64,000 nucleotides of DNA from Octopus vulgaris. Its lineage: Eukaryota. A model generated the notes under the pieces. The model was not told the DNA's origin. It ran no database searches and was given only the letters and a program-made list of their open reading frames with translations. Shown here piece by piece: positions 54,170-64,000 of the stretch (the stretch's first letter is position 1; every line of letters starts with the position of its first letter). The position numbers were made by a program, and so were the translations under genes. The DNA lies in NCBI GenBank assembly GCA_951406725.2, contig OX597814.1, forward strand, positions 189,038,001-189,102,000, given 5' to 3'.

Positions 54170-54455
54170 TCATTTTTCGTCATTGGAAAAAAGGATATAT
54201 ATTTGCAACGGGAACCTACTTTTCATCGACAACCGGTGATTGTCACACAATGATGACGGGTCAGTACGCAGAAACTCGAGTCCGTGCTTATCGTACAGGT
54301 TGAAGATGGGAAGAATGGCTTGCCTTTGCAAATACTGATAGGGCACAGAAGGTGTGTCAATAGCCAGCTGGATGAGGTGTCCTCCTATGTCTACAAGCTA
54401 CAGTAGCATCCACCCTTAAGGGTTAGCCACATTTAAGTGGCAAATATACTTCACG
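54167..54455 (+). mobile_element. (TA)n-flanked element with degenerate hammerhead motif at ~54244-54287
   Basis: CACA AUGAUGA CGGG..CGCA GAAA C UCGA G UC CGUG. Palindromic stem III ACUCGAGU and GUC triplet; C3 and stem II damaged. Confidence 0.55.
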
Positions 54456-55074
<619 letters not shown>

Positions 55075-55075
<1 letters not shown>

Positions 55076-55345
55076 TATTTAACTTATAAATAAGGGCAAA
55101 AGAAAAAACTTCCAATGCCAAATATGCCGAGAATAGACTTTGAATCGTCACTAACCACGTATAATGCATCACTATAATAAGCACGCGTCTCGAAGAAAGC
55201 TGACATAAATTTCTAAAAAATGCCATTTTTACCGAATCCGTCCGATTTCTGAGTTAATTAATTAAGACCTTTCTCGTCATCAGCGGTAAATACGTTATTT
55301 ATAAGTTGTTTATAATTTTCCCCTTAAAACGTATTTTTTTAATAT
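55075..55345 (-). mobile_element. (TA)n-flanked element with type I hammerhead motif at 55228-55290
   Basis: UUUACCG CUGAUGA CGAG-loop-CUCA GAAA UC GGACG GA UU CGGUAAA: 7-bp stem I, canonical core, 3-bp stem III. Confidence 0.7.
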
Positions 55346-55387
55346 GATGATAAATGTTTTGAAAATTTTAGCCTATATTAGATGTAT

Positions 55388-55427
<40 letters not shown>

Positions 55428-55457
55428 CTTTATATGTATATATATATATATATATAT

Positions 55458-55505
<48 letters not shown>

Positions 55506-55644
55506 ATATATATGTATGTATTTATATAACGCATGAACATGATCCACCCGATGTCTATGAACACTATGGACTCCACTGTGAACCTGAGAATCATGTGATT
55601 TATGGAAATGCACGTAACGATTAAGATATTTATAAATTCCATCA

Positions 55645-55687
<43 letters not shown>

Positions 55688-56000
55688 TGCATAAATACAT
55701 ACATACATACATATATACATACATAAGGAGTGATGCAGCGTGCTTGAACTATTTTGATAAAGTAATAAGAAAGAAGTGGAAGAGCTTCTTAAACAGGAAA
55801 ATGGAGAAAGTTTAATAGCCTTTAAATGGTCTGTTTGTATTTCAATCAGACAGGTCCCTCATCACAGATAAGCAGGATATAAAAGTTAGCAATATACAGT
55901 AGCCGTCATGTTTATCGCTGCAACAACCAATATACCTGATTCTGAATAGAGTAGCGTTATGGACCGTGTGATTCCGTTGCTGAGCTTTTATGTGACTGAA

Positions 56001-56124
<124 letters not shown>

Positions 56125-56143
56125 ATTTATGTATATGTATGTG

Positions 56144-56175
<32 letters not shown>

Positions 56176-56176
<1 letters not shown>

Positions 56177-56370
56177 GATAGATCGTTAGCCACTACACAC
56201 ATTTTTTCTCTCCTTGTTTCTCTCCTTGTTTTTTCTGTGTCCCTTTCTGTAGAAGAGTGTAGGCTCGAAACGTAAAATACTTTTTCTATTCCTGAGCGTT
56301 ATACTAATATATCTGTTTGTTTTGTACAACACCTGTCTTCGTCTTTTGTTTTTTTCGTAAACTCTCCCTA
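56176..56370 (+). mobile_element. Family F element; motif at 56242-56280
   Basis: CCUUU CUGUAGA A GAGU GUAG GCUC GAAA CG UA AAAU; (TA)n on both sides. Confidence 0.7.
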
Positions 56371-56883
56371 TATATATATATATAGTATGTGTGTGTGTGT
56401 ATGCACCCACATATATAACTACATATAAATAATGTGTAAATGGCAATCAAAGAAGGCTGGGCTTTTCAGAAAGGAAAGGGATGGCTACCATAATCTTTAC
56501 TGATATAGCCTGTATGAAACTGTAAAATTATACAAGGCTTTTCTTCTGCTAAATACAATTATTATTGTTGGACATATAAAAAAATTTAATAGATTTATGT
56601 GGAGTGACTTTACAATAAGGAGCGGAACTTACAATTTCATGTAATTCAGATAGCCTCATGCTTCCAGTAGACAAAATGGAAATGGCATTGCACCGGAGAA
56701 TGGCGTCCGGGATTTGCTGGAGTAACCATTCTAACACACAGGACACAAGGATTTCTTATTATTCCATACGTGGCAAATATCATCATTCTTATCTATATTG
56801 ATGGAGCTTTTGTTTAGAAACCAACTCCTTACAAGACGAAATTAAATAAATAAAAAGCGAATATACACCCTAGTCTGTCTATG

Positions 56884-56939
<56 letters not shown>

Positions 56940-57226
56940 TGTGTGTGCGTGCGTGCGTGCGACTGTCTTTTCTCTGAGAAGATGAGGAGAGGAGAGGCGT
57001 AACTGCTTGATATGTTCTAGGAAGTCAATAAACACCAAATATCATTAGTTCGAAATATTGCGATTTATACATTGTTATAGGTTATTGATACGGCTTATTG
57101 ATATATAAATGTTAATGTCACTACATTGCTCAATATCTTTAGACGGAGCTAATTGACACTGTTGCGGTAAGTATCTCTATAAACATGATATCAACATAAT
57201 CTGGCATCTCCAAATATTAATTGTGA

Positions 57227-57381
57227 CGGTGGTGGTAGTGGTGATGGTGTTGTTGTTGTTGTTGGTGGTGGTGATGGTGATGTCTGCTGTGTCGGTGATG
57301 ATAATGACGACGCGATGAGGATGGGACTCTGACGATTACAATGGGCCCTACGATGATGGTGATGATGGTGATGACGACGAC

Positions 57382-57420
<39 letters not shown>

Positions 57421-57637
57421 GACGACGACTACGAAGACAACAAAGCCGGTGACATGGAGAGGACGTCGACGATGAAAATGATGATAATAATAGTGATGAC
57501 GATGAGGGTGAAGAAGAAGAAGAAGAAGAAGAAGAAGAAGAAGAAGAAGGAGGAGGACGACGACGACGACGACGACAACGACGACGACGACGACAACGAC
57601 GACGACAACGACGACGACGACGACAACGACGACGACT
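57227..57637. repeat. Compound trinucleotide repeat (GGT/GTT/GAT/GAA/GAC)
   Basis: Direct reading. Confidence 0.9.
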
Positions 57638-59148
57638 ATACAGATATATAGTGGGTTTTGATGTCGCAGATGGAACCACAATGTCTTTCAGTGAATTGTC
57701 TTAGGAGAAATTATAAAACAGTATTCCAAGAAACAGGTCATGGAAAGAGACGTCGGCACCTCTTTGTCATCCACACCAAAACGGAAGAATACATATCGCG
57801 GCAGACGAAATACTGCTAAGAATTTCGCCTGGCGTAGTAACGATTCCGCCAGCTCACCGACTTAAACCAGAGCAAAAAATATATTAACGACAAATATATT
57901 GGCACAAATTAACATGGCAACTACGACTTACAGTAAACAATTCTTTCTCAAAGAAATATCTTGAAACTATCTTGAAATAAAGAAATACATTCGATAATTT
58001 TGAATAAGCAGCACGGTCACAGTTTGATTACTTCTGATCATAGGCCTGGTGGAAGAGTCGAATGGCGTCTTGGGGTATCATCATAAGTTTGACAGGAAAT
58101 TTTGTGTCTGATCGTAAACTTGATCAATGATTTGAATGGAGATTCGGCTTTTTATCATGAACCTCAAAAACTCTTTGGGTACTATTTCAAACAGACCAAG
58201 AAGCCACATAGAGGTAACCCTCGTTTGGTCGTAGTGTTTTTATTGTTGTTATTACTATAAGTGGATAACAATGATTCAAGATATATTCTACATTGTTGTA
58301 GATATCAAAAGAAATAGAATTGTGATACGTGTAATTCTACAGTTTGAGCCAATCAAAATTTATACGTCTTTTCGCGCGCGCGTTTGAGAGAGCGAGAGAG
58401 AGAGAAAGAGAGAGAGAGAAAGAGTGAGAAGGAAAGAAAGAGGGAGAGGACGGGGAGAGTGTGTATGATATTAAAGGCGTATGAGATTACTGGGTGGAAG
58501 TTCCTCAGATATCAAAATGGAAATATGCTGGCACGCTTACACACACGCGCACACACACACACACACATACATACACACACACATACATACACAAACATAG
58601 ACACATGTGAGGCCGGGCATGCACAGAACGGAGACTGCCGGACTCACACGTCCTCATACAGATGCATCTCTTTATGCGCCGACATAATTGTATATATGTT
58701 TGTATTCAGGAAGGAAACGAATAATCGATCTGAAGCAAGACGAGATTTTGGTGAAAGTAAATTATAATGCTAAACATATTCCTATGAATCCTATTTCTGT
58801 ACGCCATCCTTCATATGTAGTATCTATGTATTTTTTTTTATTTATGGAAAGATAGCCACTTCGTTTTCGAATACCTCTTTCTTCGTATTCATCTCTTTCT
58901 CTATGACCCAGACTTGGCGGCTGAATTCAGGTGAACGTAAACATATAATCTTTAATACCCTACTTGCTATCAGCAGCAACCACATGGAAAAGCTAGTGAA
59001 TTTCAAAGGGTTGTGCACTGAAAGATTTCCAGTTGAGGTTCACCGTTTTAACGTTTAAGGTCAGAATACAGAGAATCACACAAACTGTTTCCCACAGCTT
59101 ACCTGACGACAACAACTGCTAAACAGCTTACATGCATATATAAGAGGA

Positions 59149-59240
59149 CTAGCAGTATCGCCCGGCGTTGCTCGGGTATGTCTCGACCCTTTAGAATTGG
59201 AATTTTTGAAATGTGAAAATTTAAGCTAAATAATGCAAAA
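59149..59240 (-). mobile_element. Helitron-like 3' end
   Basis: Minus strand reads CCCGAGCAACGCCGGG hairpin, short spacer, terminal CTAG then T. The other end is not defined. Confidence 0.55.
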
Positions 59241-59294
59241 TTTTCTTTATGTATGTGTATGTTTATAAATGCTTATGCTTTTACGTATACATAT

Positions 59295-59521
59295 ATTTCT
59301 TTATTGCCCTCAAGGGGCTAAACACAGAGGAAACAAACAAAGACAAAGGGACTAAGTCGATTACATCGACCCCAGTGCGTAGTTGGTACTTTATTTATCG
59401 ACCCTGAATGGATGGAAGGTAAAGTGGACCTCGCCGGGATTTGAACTCAGAACGTAACAGCAGACGAAATACAGCTAAGCATTTCGCCCGGCGTGCTAAC
59501 GTTTCTGCCAGCTCGCCGCCT
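59295..59521 (-). mobile_element. SINE family A
   Basis: Full-length reverse-complement match. Confidence 0.85.
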
Positions 59522-60656
59522 TGTATACATGAATATATAATTCTGTGTGTATATGTGAGCGTGTGTGTGTGTATGCGTCAGAACCGGAGCATGCAAAAAT
59601 GTACATCCGAATACTAACACACTGTTTTAGGTCTTTTTAAAACGTTAATTAAAGTATTATTTAAAACTATTTAAAAGTATTATTTTCAAACGTTACTTAA
59701 AGCACAACGCAGTTTAATGATATCGTTAAATTCCCACTTTCATCAGTTTTATGCTGTTCGATACGAGTTCAAATCCCAGTCGACTCCTTAGACTGATTTT
59801 ATATATAAAAAAATACTGAACTCTCACAGTTCTTGGTAGTGAATCTATCTAAAAATTCAACATTACTGGCGAGTAGAACATAGTAAGGGAGAAGAAAGAG
59901 AGAGAGAGACAGAGAGGTATTTAAAAAGAGAGATAGAGAGAGAGACTTAGCCATCTGGGATTGTTTTCCATGCAACACTATCAATTCTAAACTGAAGCCT
60001 TTTAACATCAATAATGCTATAGAAAAAAATGAATGCCGCGCTTCTCAATCCATTAGAAAGAAACATCCATGGTTGCTGTCCGTAGTTGAAGTAAAGGTGT
60101 TGATCTAGCGGCGTGAGACTGATTTTCTGTTGAATTCATATCACATATCCTACGCCAGTAACCATTACTAATCTTGAAATAGGCAGTTAAATTCCAAGTC
60201 TTTTTTTTTTCTTCGTGGTTGCGTGGCATTAGTTCACAGAAACAAAGAAATGCTATTGATAAGATCTATAGAGAAATAATTAAGATGCTAGACAAGCTGT
60301 TGCGATTTCATTTTGTAGCCGAAACCATTTTAGTTCACTGTTGCTAATAGTTCCCTTGCATCATGATTAAGTGTCAGAAACTACCATTCCATCTTCGTCA
60401 ACAAAACAAAACCAAATTAATATTAATTAGAAATGAAATTGCTAACATAATTATATAAAACGGTAATTTCTCTACAATTTGAGTGCAGCATTCCCTCATA
60501 CAGTGTTACAAAGCGCTTTAAATCTGAATCCGTTTTCTGATCATCAATGATTCCTGTTAATCACGCGAGAAAAATGATTTAATTACATTTAGTTATCAAG
60601 GTAGATTAATCAGTGTAAAGATTTATCTCTTACAGGTTCTCTACATCAAGTAAAAT

Positions 60657-61078
60657 ATCCTATTCAACTCTAGGCACAAGGCCCGAAATTTTTGGGGAGG
60701 GGCCAGTCGATTAGATCGACCTCCGTACGTAACTGGTACTTAATTTATCGACGCCGAAAGGATGAAAGGCAAAGTTGATCTCGACAGAATTTGAACTCAG
60801 AACGTAAAGACAGTAAAGCATTTCGCCCGCCGTGCTAACGTTTCTTATTTTTTTATTGCCCACAAGGGACTAAACATAGAAGGGACAAACAAGGACAGAC
60901 AAAGGGATTAAGTCGATTACATCGATCTCAGTGCGTAACTGGTACTTATGTAATCGACACCGAAAGGATGAAAGGCAAAGTCGACCTCGGCGGAATTTGA
61001 ACTCAGAACGTAACGGCAGACGAAATACCGCTAGGCATTTCGCCCGGCGTGCTAACGATTCTGCCAGCTCGCTGCCTT
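60657..61078 (-). mobile_element. SINE family A dimer with two different tails
   Basis: Junction GCTAACGTTTCT|TATTT at ~60845. Confidence 0.85.
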
Positions 61079-61271
61079 ACAAGAAATAAAATATCGTTTG
61101 GGTTTTAATTATGTGACAACAAGGTTTGATCAACATCTCAAAAATTTCACTTGTCTTTAAAATGTGAAGCAATGCGAAAGTTGACAACATAGTCATAAAA
61201 ACTACCGGTCACCCAAAGCCTTTGAGTAGATTTGGCAGACGGAAACTGAAAGAAGCTGATTCCATGTATGT

Positions 61272-61890
61272 AGGCGCAGGAGTGACTGTGTGATAAGAAG
61301 CTTACTTCCCAACCACATAGTTCCGGGTTCAGTTCCACAGCGTGGCACTTTGGACATCTGTCTCCTACTATACCCCCGGACCGACCAAAGCCTTGTGAGT
61401 GGATTTGGTAGACGGAAACTGAAAGAAGTCTGTTGTGTATATATATATACGTATTTGCGTGTCTGAGTTTGTCCCCCACTATCACTTGACAACCGATCTT
61501 GGTGCGTTTACGTCCCCATAACTTAGCGGTTCTGCGAAAGATACCGATAGAATAAGTACTAGGCTTACAAAAACTAAGTCATAGGGTAGATTTGTTCGAT
61601 TAAAGGTGGTACTCGTGCATGGCTGCAGTCAAGTGACTGAAACATGTAAATGAATAAAAGAATAAAAGTGTATATGTGTGTGGGGGTGTGGGGGGTGTGT
61701 GTGCGTGTGTGTGTGTGGGGGGGTGTCTGTGTGTGTGTGTGTGTGTGTGTGTTTGTGTGTTTGTGTCAGTGTTTGTCTCACTCCACCGCTTGACAATCGG
61801 TGTTGATGTGTTTACGTCCCCGCAAACTAGCGGTTGGGCAAAAAAGACTGCCCCAGCATGGCCACAGTCTAGTGACTGAAACCAGTAAAA
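61272..61890 (+). mobile_element. SINE family B (61272-61667) followed by a partial 3' half (~61745-61890)
   Basis: Family match. Confidence 0.8.
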
Positions 61891-62967
61891 GACAAACGAT
61901 CGGTAATTTAATGAAACATATTTTATAGAAAGAGATGAGAAAAACATGGGTCATCGCTCATATTTAATTTCTTTGATTTTGTTATATTTTCATATCAGTC
62001 AGAATCAGACAAGAAATTTTGTGTCGTTTAGTTACAGATAAACCCTGATGAATGAGACCTATAACCAAATTTGTTGAAGGAACATTCATTTGTTTGTTTT
62101 CATTTTCAATCAAAAGCCATGATCTAATTTGTACTTTTGTCAAAATGAAATTTGAAAGAGCAATAGCCGTAATAATTCGAACGTCGATAGAGATCAGATG
62201 ATGTTTTATAAATAAGTAAATGAAAATAGCATTCTAATTTGCTAAATCACGTTCAGAAGCGAAATAGTAACGAAATTTTACTGAGAACCAACTTTCTAAT
62301 GCTTAACTATGTATTGTAGCAACTAAATCTTTCAGTGTTAACTGATTTATATGTTATTAATAATTCAGAGCGTGTTTGGATTAACTTGATTTAGATATAA
62401 TGATATAGAAATATAATATGATGTAAGGAGAGTAATTTTTGCAATATTATTTATGCAAATTAACTTTTTCCCGAAAGGTTTCTCAAATACATTTAAGAAG
62501 TTTTGAAGAAAATATTTCATGAAATTCATAAATATCCTATTATAATGCATAACCTTTCTCTGATTACTCTCTCAGAGTTCGGATTCGGAAATATATATAT
62601 ATAGTATCACAACTCTGCTATTAAATAATCGTTTCACATTTTGGTACAAGGTGAACAATTTTAACGGGAGAAGGTTACTAGTTTCCATCGACACCAGTGC
62701 TTAATTGTAAATTATTTTATCAACCGCAAAAAGGTCGACATCAGTGGAATTTGAACTCAGAATGTAAAAAGCCGGGAAAAATCCAGCTACGAAATTTGTA
62801 AAACTCACTGACGGTTCTACCTGTTCATCGCCTTTGTATTAAAAAGCAAAACAGAGGATGCATGAGACTGTTTGATAATAATTTGTCTCATCTATCTATC
62901 TATCTATCTATCTAACTATCTATATATGTGTGTGTGTATGTGTGTGCGTGTGTGTGTGTGTGTGTGT

Positions 62968-63535
62968 GAGGTGTAATGGCCCAGTGGTTAGGGCGGCGAG
63001 CTGGCAGAAGGGCGGCAAGCTGGCAGAAGGGCGGCAAGCTGGCAGAAACGTTAGCACGCCGGGTGAAATGCGTAGCCGTATTTCGTCTGTCGTTACGTTG
63101 TGAGTTCAAATTCCACCGAGGTCGACTTTGCCTTTGATCCTTTCGGGGTCGATAAATTAAGTACCAGTTACGCACTGGGGTCGATGTAATCGACTTAATA
63201 CTTATGTCTGACCCCTCTATGTTTAGCCCCTTGTGGGTAATAAAGAAATAGGTTAGGGCAGCGAACTCGCGGTCGGAGAATCGCTGTTTCGATTCCCAGA
63301 CTGGGCGTTGTGTGTGTTTATTGAGCGAAAACATCTAAAGCTCCACGAGTCTCCGGCAGGGTAGTGGCGACCCCTGTTTTATTCTTTCGCTGCAACATTC
63401 TCTTACTCTTTCTTCCTGCTTCTTGAGCAACGCTGCGATGGACTCCCGTCTCGTCCAGCTGGGGGGGGGTGCACATACGCCACAGAAACCGGGAAACCGG
63501 GCCCATGAGCCTGGCTTGGCTTGAAAATGGCGCAC
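62968..63535 (+). mobile_element. SINE family D interrupted by a family A copy
   Basis: Head split at GGTTAG; remainder at 63251-63535. Confidence 0.8.
62992..63250 (+). mobile_element. SINE family A with triplicated 5' 19-mer, nested in a family D SINE
   Basis: GGCGGCRAGCTGGCAGAA x3; flanked by GGTTAG duplication. Confidence 0.85.
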
Positions 63536-63536
63536 A

Positions 63537-63589
<53 letters not shown>

Positions 63590-64000
63590 TATATATACCG
63601 ATATATATATATGTATGGAGATAAATATAAATTGATCGGTTAAATGGGGTCGACTCGTTCTGTGGATCATGTCAATTGTGGCTAAGTGTTGTTATCTGTT
63701 TTCGGTTTTCAGTATCAAAATTAATGAAAATAGGTAGTTATTTACTTGATACAAGTAAAATATTTCGGGAAGATTTCGATCACATGTTGAGTTCAAGTTA
63801 CAATTATTACAATTATCGGTACTTCATGTTTAGTTTAATTTTTTTTTTTTTTTAAACTAATTATATGAAATATTTTGAAATTATTCATACAATTTTAGGG
63901 AGTTATGGACTATCAAAGTTCTGGTGTATTTTCATCTATTAGAGTTGTACAGAAAAATCATCTGTAAATAAATCTTTACTGCACATATATTTTGTAAGCG

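Noticed and set aside
56549-56746. Non-repetitive ORF with a GTAAGT donor
   Set aside because: No homology or defined acceptor; cannot be assigned.

Overview
AT-rich, microsatellite-dense eukaryotic DNA. The SINE families look like those of Octopus (coleoid cephalopod); this is my recognition, not a database result. Nearly all ORFs in the supplied track are translated microsatellites or SINEs. The only well-supported gene is a minus-strand nuclear receptor of PPAR/NR1C type, with three exons that splice in frame: 26502-26389 (zinc finger 1), 21402-21258 (zinc finger 2, absent from the ORF track) and 4320-4109 (hinge). I could not identify its 5' exons or ligand-binding exons. The rest is four tRNA-derived SINE families, DNA-transposon derivatives (mariner, hAT, GG-ended foldback MITEs, a Helitron end) and an (AAT)n-embedded element. 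The most notable signal is a set of at least six unrelated small non-coding element families, mostly inserted into (TA)n tracts, each carrying a type-I hammerhead ribozyme (HHR) motif of the Penelope pLTR/retrozyme kind. They include a ~544-bp tandem array with an intact HHR per unit and an inverted leader, a family with a compensatory G3-C8 core swap, an A6-variant family with covarying stem I, and a tRNA-headed HHR element arranged as an ~800-bp palindrome. Ribozyme activity is inferred from hand folding only.
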